A stretch of 20,000 bases of DNA, from the IMG/VR virus record IMGVR_UViG_3300001481_000036, one strand, 5' to 3'. Source of the DNA: an uncultured virus (IMG/VR IMGVR_UViG_3300001481_000036) (Duplodnaviria; Heunggongvirae; Uroviricota; Caudoviricetes). The notes beneath the pieces were generated by a model that did no database searches, was not told where the DNA came from, and saw nothing but the letters and a program-made list of their open reading frames with translations. Shown here piece after piece: positions 7,356-15,758 of this stretch (within the stretch, counting starts at the first letter, position 1; every line of letters begins with the position of its first letter). The translations under genes and the position numbers were made by a program.

Positions 7356-8576
7356 ATGCGTGTTGCAGTAAAGAACATGAGTGGTGTATTTATACATTCC
7401 ACCACTCCACGAAAAGCTAGGCTTCTTCTAAAAGAGAAGAAAGCTGTCATAGAATCAAACAATCCTTTCACTATTCGTCTTTTGTTTTCTAAAAGTGAAT
7501 GTGGATTAAAGGATTCTGAATCATTAAACAGACTTAACGCAGGCTTATTGTCTGAAAAGGATAACACTATGTGTGATGATAGAAAAGAAATAGAAGAATT
7601 GCACAATGCTTATGGCGACTACATACAACCAAGTCTAAATGTTATAATGGCTAATCCTAAGAACAAAAGGATAAAATGGTGTAGTAAAGATAGCAATTCT
7701 GCAAACGGTGAGAATAGTTCTGAATCATTTGTACAAACCTTATATGATGCTTGCACCATGTTATATCAGCAAACAGATGGCCGATATTATGGTAACTTTG
7801 TACATATTGGTAAAAGAGGATTTGAGCTTTTACAAAGACTTGACCCTAAAAGATTCTGGAAAATGGATAATTGGGTAGGAATTGATGATGCTATAAAAGT
7901 ACACTATATCGCGACTATGCCAGAAAACAATTTTATTGTAAGTATAAATAATAATTATTTTAAGGATCGTGATAAATTCATTGTGGGGTCTATAGTGGAT
8001 GAAGAATGTTCTGAGAAAAGTGAATCAGAGGAAGCTATTAAACAACAGGAACAGTCAGACAATAATAAGTCTGAAAAGGAAAGCATTATGAGTAATGAAA
8101 TACATATCCCCAAAACACATCTTATTTTTGGTGCAGTAGGATGTGGTAAAACTACGCTATTAGCTAAACTGGTTAGAGATAGGCTAAATAATGGTGAACA
8201 AGTTGCACGTGTTTTATATAATAAAAATAAAGACGTACACTCTAAACTATTTCATTCAGAGAATGGAGGGTATTGTACTTTGATTGAATTTCATGGGAAA
8301 GACGCATATTCACCAGTTGAAGCAAGTTATCATCTGATGAAAGCGTGTGAATTTCCAGCTTCTATTACAACAATAGTGTTAGATGATATTAATAAATTTT
8401 TAATACACGGTGATTACGATCCTCAGGAATATTTCCGTGAGTTCTCTAGGGTATGTCGTGAGAACAATATAGATTTCATCTGTACTTTAGGTGCTGATTC
8501 AGATAAAAATGAGGTCTATCACAAACTTCCAGAAATCTATGAACGATTCTCTGATATTATAACTGTTTTGAAATAG
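7356..8576 (+). CDS. Fusion protein: PLMP/RRXRR domain + capsid(gp23)-A-domain-like module + P-loop NTPase
   Basis: ATG 7356 follows GAGG. The N-terminus VAVKNMSGVFIHSTTPRKARLLLKEKKAVIESNNPFTIRLL matches the IscB N-terminal pattern. Walker A GAVGCGKT (8130-8153) and Walker B IVLDD. Confidence 0.8.
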   Translation: MRVAVKNMSGVFIHSTTPRKARLLLKEKKAVIESNNPFTIRLLFSKSECGLKDSESLNRLNAGLLSEKDNTMCDDRKEIEELHNAYGDYIQPSLNVIMANPKNKRIKWCSKDSNSANGENSSESFVQTLYDACTMLYQQTDGRYYGNFVHIGKRGFELLQRLDPKRFWKMDNWVGIDDAIKVHYIATMPENNFIVSINNNYFKDRDKFIVGSIVDEECSEKSESEEAIKQQEQSDNNKSEKESIMSNEIHIPKTHLIFGAVGCGKTTLLAKLVRDRLNNGEQVARVLYNKNKDVHSKLFHSENGGYCTLIEFHGKDAYSPVEASYHLMKACEFPASITTIVLDDINKFLIHGDYDPQEYFREFSRVCRENNIDFICTLGADSDKNEVYHKLPEIYERFSDIITVLK

Positions 8577-8584
8577 TGCTTATA

Positions 8585-8613
8585 AGGGAGATTCATTTGT
8601 TAGGAATCTCCCT
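8585..8613 (+). other. Intergenic hairpin followed by CCAACTTT leader motif
   Basis: AGGGAGATTC-9nt-GAATCTCCCT with no U tract. Confidence 0.6.
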
Positions 8614-8645
8614 GTAACCAACTTTAAGAAATAAGGAACACTATT

Positions 8646-8855
8646 ATGAGATGGAATTACACAGTTTTCTCTGAATACCCGCAAAAACGAGCGCTTTGTT
8701 TCGTCGAAATAGGTATTAATCATTATAAATTATTATGGTTTCAGAAGGAGGATAAATGGTGGTATGACTATGATACATACAAACCTTATGCAGAGAGTAC
8801 CGAACATTTAAAGTGGGTGTACTTAGACGACATCTTAGAAAACATTGATATATAA
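8646..8855 (+). CDS. Small Trp-rich protein, DUF551-like
   Basis: W..P....CFV....WY....KWVYL pattern with AAGGA SD. Confidence 0.75.
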   Translation: MRWNYTVFSEYPQKRALCFVEIGINHYKLLWFQKEDKWWYDYDTYKPYAESTEHLKWVYLDDILENIDI

Positions 8856-8882
8856 CCAACAAACTACAAAGGAGAACAAACA

Positions 8883-10046
8883 ATGACAGAGAAACATACA
8901 CTAACAGTCATCATTAATGTATTTGATGAGAAGTATTGCGACGTTTATTTCTTCACACCAGAACATAAGAAATGGTGTGCAAATTTAATGTGCAGTAATA
9001 CCTTCACATCTTTTGTAATAGACTCAATGTACTATCCTCTGTTTAACACAAAGCATGACAACCCAGAAAGAGATTTAAAAAGTCTGGTTAGAATATATTT
9101 AAATGCTCAGTTTAGTAGAGTTCACGATATGAGCATTCATTCATACTTTGACTTCCCACAGTCTTATTCTTTAGAGCCTGCATTTGATATAGATGACTGC
9201 GTGATGGATGAAGTCTATGTTTGCGAGTACCGTATTGGGAAATTGTATAACCTAGATTCATTCTATAACAGAATACCAAGCCTATATAGAGCAGATGAGC
9301 TTGTTTGTGATGAGGACTGTACTTTTCATCTTTTACAAGAGAATTTAGACGATGTAATTTCTACGGTGAAACGATGTGGAGATGGGTTAGAAACTTTTGC
9401 AGAATTGTCATTATATGCAGTCAAAGATGATAGAGGAATTGAAGTATGTCCATTCTCAGTCGGCAATAAAGATTACTTTGTACAAAAGGCTAGAGAATAT
9501 GCAAATGATAAAAATTACTTAACACATAAAACCTATGTTTATGAATATAAAAATGGTAAAACAAACAAAATATATGGATGTTGTAAATTTAATGAGGCTA
9601 GTAATGTAGTGGCACTTAATTTAGAAAAAGAGGATGATTGTAACAAAGAAGATAATTCAATGCAATGTTGTGCAGATAAAGATAAGAGAGATACTATAAA
9701 TAAGAGATATGAGGCTTTTAGAGCAGACAACTTTAATCTTACGGTAGATGATGTAGAGGTTCTAAGTAGCTATTGTACAGAGGTGTTTGTGTCATATCAA
9801 AAAGGAAAAATCATTGTAAAAGCTAAATTTTATTGTAACAAGGCTACACGGAATGTTAGCACCAGTAATGCCTTTAATATTGGCTCAAAGCATAGCTTGT
9901 ATTTAACAGCCTTTAATGATGATCTTAACGAGCATGAAGAATTATTATCGTTGACAACATGCGTCCTAACAAAGAAATCATATTGTTTAAATAAAAAAGG
10001 AGTAGACGATCCTTTAGAGTTTGAATTAGTATTTGAAGCAGAGTAG
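8883..10046 (+). CDS. Mosaic hypothetical protein with C-terminal tail-tube-like module
   Basis: 387-aa ORF with AAGGAG SD. C-terminal YEAFRADNFNL...LEFELVFE. Confidence 0.85.
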   Translation: MTEKHTLTVIINVFDEKYCDVYFFTPEHKKWCANLMCSNTFTSFVIDSMYYPLFNTKHDNPERDLKSLVRIYLNAQFSRVHDMSIHSYFDFPQSYSLEPAFDIDDCVMDEVYVCEYRIGKLYNLDSFYNRIPSLYRADELVCDEDCTFHLLQENLDDVISTVKRCGDGLETFAELSLYAVKDDRGIEVCPFSVGNKDYFVQKAREYANDKNYLTHKTYVYEYKNGKTNKIYGCCKFNEASNVVALNLEKEDDCNKEDNSMQCCADKDKRDTINKRYEAFRADNFNLTVDDVEVLSSYCTEVFVSYQKGKIIVKAKFYCNKATRNVSTSNAFNIGSKHSLYLTAFNDDLNEHEELLSLTTCVLTKKSYCLNKKGVDDPLEFELVFEAE

Positions 10047-10057
10047 GAAAATATACA

Positions 10058-10450
10058 ATGAGTGCAAATCATAAACCTAGTGACATTGAACGCATGAAGG
10101 GAAAGGCTTATGATCTTTTCTACAGAATGCATGTTTGTCGTCTCATAACAAGTCAAGCAATGGAACTGCATAAGTTATTCTGTAATAAAGAAAGGTATGA
10201 TACTTTTAGAATGACAGAAATAGAGGGTTATCAAAAATTACTAAACAAAGTGTGGATGAAATTAAGAGAAAAAGAGGATCTTCTTATTCAAGAGATGATA
10301 GACTTAGATTTTAACAGTTTGGATATTCAATCTGTTATGTCTTATGCAGAACCTAAATATACTGATGATTATGCTATAATGGAAACGTATGGCATAGTCA
10401 TACGTGATTTTGAAGGTAATGAACGCAGAATAAACTCTCTAAGATGGTGA
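10058..10450 (+). CDS. Hypothetical helical protein
   Basis: 130-aa ORF with AGGA SD. Confidence 0.8.
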   Translation: MSANHKPSDIERMKGKAYDLFYRMHVCRLITSQAMELHKLFCNKERYDTFRMTEIEGYQKLLNKVWMKLREKEDLLIQEMIDLDFNSLDIQSVMSYAEPKYTDDYAIMETYGIVIRDFEGNERRINSLRW

Positions 10451-10479
10451 GGGTGGCGCTAATATAGGTAGGTGACTAT

Positions 10480-11205
10480 ATGATATGGTGGCATTTGATT
10501 GAGACGGGGCATAGACCCAAGCATGGTGCATCTGTAATTTGCTTATTCTTTAATGGAGATGCAATAGAATGTCATTATGATAGGTCTGATGATACGTTCA
10601 TTCCATACGATCAAGAGTGGGATATGTATCCGTTTGACGCAACAGAGTTTAAAGCATGGTGTTTCAGCCCTTCTATTTGTTCTGATCTTTTTCTTTATTG
10701 TGCAAGTGCAGACTTCTTGGAGTTCTCAGAGACACATACGTTTCCACCGTTAAAAAAGAAAACACATACAAGACAGTGTGCAGATGACTTTAGTCTTATA
10801 GCAAGAGAATTAAATTCAAAAGAGATTAGACAGTGCAGTAGGATTATCCTTGAATCAAATACAAAACATTTTGGTCTTAAATGTTTAAGTTTTGAGTTTG
10901 AGTGTCAAAGATATTTCATTGATAAGAATTGGTCTAATCCACATGATCACAATAGTGTTTATGCTGAACTTTCTTTAACACCAGAAACATTAGAGTGGTT
11001 TAATACAAACAAATCTAAATCAAATTATTCTAAACTAACTTTGTTTGTTCGTATTAAATTTTGTGATTCTGAACATAATGTACTTTCCTCTTTCAGAGTA
11101 CAGTTTCTTCGTACTATTTATAATAGACGTTGTTGCTTGCCAAATAATAGACCTTTTAAATGTATAGCAAATGACAAATTTGTGGTGCAGTTTCGTTTGA
11201 TTTAG
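10480..11205 (+). CDS. DUF551-like N-terminal domain fused to a beta-rich (possibly tail-tube-like) module
   Basis: WWHLIETGHRPKHGASVICL...KAW. AGGTGA SD. Confidence 0.8.
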   Translation: MIWWHLIETGHRPKHGASVICLFFNGDAIECHYDRSDDTFIPYDQEWDMYPFDATEFKAWCFSPSICSDLFLYCASADFLEFSETHTFPPLKKKTHTRQCADDFSLIARELNSKEIRQCSRIILESNTKHFGLKCLSFEFECQRYFIDKNWSNPHDHNSVYAELSLTPETLEWFNTNKSKSNYSKLTLFVRIKFCDSEHNVLSSFRVQFLRTIYNRRCCLPNNRPFKCIANDKFVVQFRLI

Positions 11206-11215
11206 GTGACAGGTT

Positions 11216-11797
11216 ATGGACACTAGAGAAGATACTTTTAATTTCATGGTTGGGCAAATAAGAAACTTTATTATTCATTGTCTAGGTTTCCAACCAGATG
11301 ATATGACAGGCGGTGAGTTTAATAATCGTTTCATTTGGGAAACAAGTAATTCAGAGTTTGAAATAATCGCTTATTATGGTTGCCCTAGGGATGAAAAACC
11401 ATATTACTTTGACTATTATTTAACAATAGATGGACAAAGAACAAGTGGTACGTATTCTTTTGGTACACAGCTAACTTGTGAAGATGAGAATGCAATAGCA
11501 AAAATAATCCAACCATTTAAAAAATCCGTTGTTAATAAAGCTACTCTAGGTGTAACAACCAATATAGAACGATCACCTTACTTCAAATGGTATTACATTA
11601 TTCAGGCTTTCAAAGATTGCCATTGGCAGGATGTATTATTTAGTCGTGGTGACATTTCTACAGCAGAAAAGAAAGCAAGGCATTATCGTAACAAAAATGA
11701 TTGTGATACCAGAGTAATTGGAGTAAAAGAGAATGTGATCTATTCCTATGATTATGAGTTGGTCACAGAGTATAGCAAAAAGGAGGAAAATTTATGA
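11216..11797 (+). CDS. Hypothetical protein
   Basis: 193-aa ORF, tightly packed in the array. Confidence 0.8.
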   Translation: MDTREDTFNFMVGQIRNFIIHCLGFQPDDMTGGEFNNRFIWETSNSEFEIIAYYGCPRDEKPYYFDYYLTIDGQRTSGTYSFGTQLTCEDENAIAKIIQPFKKSVVNKATLGVTTNIERSPYFKWYYIIQAFKDCHWQDVLFSRGDISTAEKKARHYRNKNDCDTRVIGVKENVIYSYDYELVTEYSKKEENL

Positions 11798-11991
11798 AGT
11801 ATCTTGACAAAATGGATCATGCAAACATAGCTATGCAATATTGGGAAACTTCAATGAAAATTGATAGAGTGAAGTCTGTATTAAAGAAATTAAAAAAAGA
11901 ATTAAAAGGTTATGAGAATGCTATAAGGGCAATAGAAGATAGAAATGACGGACAACCAAAACATTGGTACATGTTCAGGAAACTGAATTGA
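11794..11991 (+). CDS. Small coiled-coil hypothetical protein
   Basis: AGGAGG SD and ATGA overlap with the upstream gene. Confidence 0.8.
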   Translation: MKYLDKMDHANIAMQYWETSMKIDRVKSVLKKLKKELKGYENAIRAIEDRNDGQPKHWYMFRKLN

Positions 11992-12008
11992 ATTAAGGAG
12001 ATACCTAT

Positions 12009-12671
12009 ATGAATATGCACATTATAAAGAACGAAATAACATCTCTGTTACTAAGAACTGTTGATAGATTTAATACTATTAGAACACAATTAAAACACAT
12101 AAGGAATATTGAAGATAAAAACAATGTTTCTGGATGTTTAGACTTGGTAGATGATTTTATTGAAATTAATATAGAATATGAAAAAGAGGATTTTAACAGA
12201 TTACTTGAATCTTTAGAAGAAACAGAGATTCAAGAAAAGAATTTAGTCTATAAGTACTTCTTGATAACGATTAGAGACAATGATTTTTATAGGTCACTAA
12301 GTACACTAGGTGACATCTTTGTTAGGACTTTGGGTTATGAGTTTACGTCCGATAGATTTGACTTTGAGAAATTTAAAACCTCTCTACCAGACCTAGTTTG
12401 TTCCATATTTTCTATTTGTCAGAGTGGACATTCAGATTATGTTCGTAAACATTTGAAAATATGCTATACCCCAGAAGAAATAAAGGATTTTATACAGAAG
12501 TACGGAATGTGTGCTTGTGAAGATTACGAGAACCCGTTGTTCAAAGATGATCCTGTGTTTGCAGATGTCGTTCATTGTGACTGTGATGCTGAAGCATTAA
12601 TCATTAAACTGGTATATGATAAAGAGAATAATGAGTATATAGAAGAAAAGAGTGATTGGCTTGTTATTTAA
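12009..12671 (+). CDS. Hypothetical protein
   Basis: 220-aa ORF with AAGGAG SD. Confidence 0.85.
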   Translation: MNMHIIKNEITSLLLRTVDRFNTIRTQLKHIRNIEDKNNVSGCLDLVDDFIEINIEYEKEDFNRLLESLEETEIQEKNLVYKYFLITIRDNDFYRSLSTLGDIFVRTLGYEFTSDRFDFEKFKTSLPDLVCSIFSICQSGHSDYVRKHLKICYTPEEIKDFIQKYGMCACEDYENPLFKDDPVFADVVHCDCDAEALIIKLVYDKENNEYIEEKSDWLVI

Positions 12672-12692
12672 CATGTGCTTTGGAGGACATTT

Positions 12693-12851
12693 ATGAAGAA
12701 GCGGAAAATAACTGTTAAAAAATTAAACGTGAAAGAATGTTTGCAAAGAGCAAACAGAAATAGAGATAATTTCCTGAGCCTTTACGATGCTGTTAAGCAA
12801 CTGGTCGATGACGTAAAGTATAACCATTACCCATATCCTAAATCATTATAA
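12693..12851 (+). CDS. 52-aa basic hypothetical protein (not in the ORF track)
   Basis: GGAGG SD, MKKRKITVKKLNVKECLQRANRNRDNFLSLYDAVKQLVDDVKYNHYPYPKSL. Fills the gap between flanking genes. Confidence 0.75.
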   Translation: MKKRKITVKKLNVKECLQRANRNRDNFLSLYDAVKQLVDDVKYNHYPYPKSL

Positions 12852-12877
12852 AGTTCACGGTTACAGGAGTATTCGTT

Positions 12878-13381
12878 ATGGATAAAGATTTAACAGATTT
12901 TTTCTCAGATTCAGAAATTAAATATAACAAACCCCTTTCCAAAGTAGAGAACTTATTATGGCATAAGAAATATAGAGTCCGCAGGAAGAATCTGAAGCGT
13001 ATTGATCCACATAAATTCTCTATTGGTGATGAGATTTATTATTACACTTTTTATTTGTTTACTAATTACTCATTAATAAATAATGAATCTGATTATTATG
13101 AGGATGATGTGGCTTATAAAAAGTATTTTTCTACTAAACGATGTAGAACATGTTATGGCCCAGCAATGGATGTAACATGGGGAAACTACATAATAAGTGG
13201 TAGAAAATTTCGTAATTATGTAGCATTGTTTGATCCTTATAAAGGATGTGTCGCATATTTCACTAAATTCAAATCAGCATTAAACTTCGTGAATCGTTAT
13301 TGTTCTGTAAACGATGAGTTTTATGACTATTTTATTATAGCAACAAAAAATAGTGTATTTAGAGTTTGGAATCAATACTGA
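12878..13381 (+). CDS. Hypothetical protein
   Basis: 167-aa ORF with AGGAG SD. Confidence 0.8.
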   Translation: MDKDLTDFFSDSEIKYNKPLSKVENLLWHKKYRVRRKNLKRIDPHKFSIGDEIYYYTFYLFTNYSLINNESDYYEDDVAYKKYFSTKRCRTCYGPAMDVTWGNYIISGRKFRNYVALFDPYKGCVAYFTKFKSALNFVNRYCSVNDEFYDYFIIATKNSVFRVWNQY

Positions 13382-13400
13382 TTCTATTTTAGGAGTACTT

Positions 13401-13661
13401 ATGAAATGGAAAGATTTTAGAGCATGGATGAACGAATACTTTGATGATGAAGATGATATTCGCATCACTGTTGCAAACGAATATTCAGAGCTTAATGATG
13501 ATATTAAAGATATTTATCCTGTTATCACTATTATTACACCAGAAGAATCAGAGGATGATGGAGGTTATCCTATTTTTGTAGCATCCGATCTAGAAGAAAG
13601 AGAAGAAGGTTACTTTGCTTGGTCACATGAGGACATAATAAACTTTGTTAAAAACAAATAA
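13401..13661 (+). CDS. Small acidic hypothetical protein
   Basis: The start is more likely ATG 13401 (AGGAG SD) than the track's 13353. Confidence 0.8.
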   Translation: MKWKDFRAWMNEYFDDEDDIRITVANEYSELNDDIKDIYPVITIITPEESEDDGGYPIFVASDLEEREEGYFAWSHEDIINFVKNK

Positions 13662-13673
13662 GGAGAACAAACT

Positions 13674-14258
13674 ATGACACAAATTAAAATTAACTCTGTT
13701 AATACCACTCATGGAAACATTGAATTTGAAAAATCTGATAATCCAGTTATATCAGACTTCATACAACAAAGTAGAGAGCAACCAAATTACAAGTATATTG
13801 TTCAGATAATCCCAGATTATAATTCTTCTGTTATTGTGAAGGATTGGCGAGATTATAAGGAATGTCTATGTTACGAGGGTGCAGAAAAATGTATAAAAGA
13901 AATTGTAGATGATCCGAGACAGCATAAAGCTAAGAGAGTTAGGATTGTTGTTGAATACATAGACTCTTCTTTAGAGGAGTATATTAAAGATCATACTGAT
14001 AAGAAAGGAAACCTTAAACCTAAATCAGTTACACTATCTCCAGAACATATAGGTAAAACAATAACTTGTGCAGGATGTAAGGATACTATTCCTTATGGAA
14101 AACCTTTTGCATATTATGGTCAATCAGCATATTGTTCTAAGAAGTGTTGTGTAGATCATATCTGGGATGGGGATAATAATAGATTATTTGATGTAAGTCC
14201 TGATAAAAGTCTTGAAGAATATGATAGAGAGTTTTTAAGGTATTATTCACATGAATAG
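13674..14258 (+). CDS. Hypothetical protein with C-terminal TRASH/MYM-like Zn finger
   Basis: CAGC...AYCSKKC. AAGGAG SD. Confidence 0.8.
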   Translation: MTQIKINSVNTTHGNIEFEKSDNPVISDFIQQSREQPNYKYIVQIIPDYNSSVIVKDWRDYKECLCYEGAEKCIKEIVDDPRQHKAKRVRIVVEYIDSSLEEYIKDHTDKKGNLKPKSVTLSPEHIGKTITCAGCKDTIPYGKPFAYYGQSAYCSKKCCVDHIWDGDNNRLFDVSPDKSLEEYDREFLRYYSHE

Positions 14259-14595
14259 TTATGAAAGACATAAACAATCGGTAGAACAACAACTCTACTT
14301 GTATTATTCTACCAAAGAAATATTTGGAAAACCTGTGAAAAGCAGGCTGTTTAAAAAGTGGCATCATCGTTATATGCGAGAAAGAGATAGAGACATTAAA
14401 CGCCTTGGAAAACAGAATCAAAAAGAGAATAAAATATACTTTGGTAGAGTTGTTTACACCTATTGCTTTCAGCAGTGTGGTGATAGTAAGTTAGCATTTA
14501 CGTGTAAGCCTAGATGTAGGCATTCACATCCTTTTCCACTCAATTATGCTATTGAGGAAATGAGAGGTTTTTATGAAACACAAGGTTGTTTATAA
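14251..14595 (+). CDS. Basic hypothetical protein
   Basis: 114-aa ORF overlapping its upstream neighbour by 8 nt. Confidence 0.7.
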   Translation: MNSYERHKQSVEQQLYLYYSTKEIFGKPVKSRLFKKWHHRYMRERDRDIKRLGKQNQKENKIYFGRVVYTYCFQQCGDSKLAFTCKPRCRHSHPFPLNYAIEEMRGFYETQGCL

Positions 14596-14880
14596 TGATT
14601 GACTAAGCAGTTTATAGCTCAAAAGAGACTAGAAGCTAATGAGAAAACAATAAATGATAGTACCAAGATCTTTTATGTCATGGGTGCTCTGAGATATTTT
14701 TTAAAAAGGCATGACCCAGATTTGATTGCCGTTGTAGAAGCTCTAGGTAAAGATGTTAATGGTACTTTCTCTGACTTAGCTATTGGAGAGATAGACGGAG
14801 ATAAGTATTATATAGAAGAGTATGATGGTAGAGAAACAGTTGTAACTCCAGAGGATATTTGTTGGACAGTTATATCATAG
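14573..14880 (+). pseudogene. Frameshifted member of a common phage family (VVYN..GGF / RHDPDL..VVE.LG / IEEYDG.E)
   Basis: GAGAGG SD plus ATG 14573 gives MKHKVVYND-TGA. The body (RHDPDLIAVVEALG...YIEEYDGRETV) is in another frame from TTG 14599, which has no SD of its own. Confidence 0.6.
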
Positions 14881-14893
14881 GTACAATCATTTT

Positions 14894-15427
14894 ATGTCTA
14901 AAACATTCTTTATTGCAGATACACATTTTAATCACGAACGCATAATTTCTATCTGCGAGCGTCCATTCTCAGATGTAGAAGAAATGAACAAAACATTAAT
15001 AGAGAATTGGAATAGCATTGTTGAAGACGAAGACATTGTGTGGGTTTTAGGCGACTATTTTTATTTTCCAGAACCACTAAAAAGCAGTGTACCACTGTTA
15101 GTATGCAGAGAAATTACAAATAATCTTAAAGGAATAAAAAACCTAATTATAGGAAATCACGACACACAAGATCCTGAATACTATAAATCATCTGGATTTG
15201 AATTTGTCTCACCATATCCGATTATTTATGACGATTTCTTTATCCTATCACACGAACCACTACTTCTATCTAATACTACTCCATACTTTAATTTATACGG
15301 ACATGTTCATAGTGATCCCAGATTTGGAGACACTTCAACTTCAAAATGTGTTTCAGTTGAGAGAATCAACTACACTCCAGTTTCATTAGAAAAAATAAAG
15401 TTTGAAATTGAAACATGGATATTTTAA
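14894..15427 (+). CDS. Calcineurin-like metallophosphoesterase
   Basis: Motifs DTHF, LGD, GNHD, SHEP and GHVH. Confidence 0.93.
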   Translation: MSKTFFIADTHFNHERIISICERPFSDVEEMNKTLIENWNSIVEDEDIVWVLGDYFYFPEPLKSSVPLLVCREITNNLKGIKNLIIGNHDTQDPEYYKSSGFEFVSPYPIIYDDFFILSHEPLLLSNTTPYFNLYGHVHSDPRFGDTSTSKCVSVERINYTPVSLEKIKFEIETWIF

Positions 15428-15453
15428 CCAACAAACAAAGGAGATAATTAATA

Positions 15454-15747
15454 ATGAGTGGTGGACATTTTGATTATCAGGATAATCGCATTGATGACAT
15501 GATGGATATAATTAAGCATGATATTAAATACAATGATGTAGAATGGAATTATAATACTGAGACTGGTGAATCTGTAGAAGATTATGGGTTTCAGCATTCT
15601 AAAGAAACCATAGCTATTTTAAAGAAATTGCTGAAAGATATGAAGAAAGTAATGAATGTTTTACACGCATACGACTGGTATGTATCAGGAGATACCTGTG
15701 AGGAAACATTCTTAAAAGAAGCTAGTAAGTATTACAAAACAATATAA
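15454..15747 (+). CDS. Conserved phage hypothetical protein (MSGGHFDY...DWYVSGD type)
   Basis: 97-aa ORF with AAGGAG SD. Confidence 0.85.
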   Translation: MSGGHFDYQDNRIDDMMDIIKHDIKYNDVEWNYNTETGESVEDYGFQHSKETIAILKKLLKDMKKVMNVLHAYDWYVSGDTCEETFLKEASKYYKTI

Positions 15748-15758
15748 AGGAATCATCC

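Noticed and set aside
7290..8576. Intact IscB/IS200-IS605 element or Cas9-like nuclease
   Set aside because: Only the N-terminal PLMP-like segment is present. There is no RuvC, HNH, arginine-rich helix, transposase or full-length omegaRNA-sized leader.
5911..14602. Stop-codon reassignment (TGA or TAG recoding) as explanation for broken ORFs
   Set aside because: Reading through TGA at 5911 or 14600 hits further stops within a few codons. nrdD and nrdG are intact, and TAG/TGA end genes right before the next SD.
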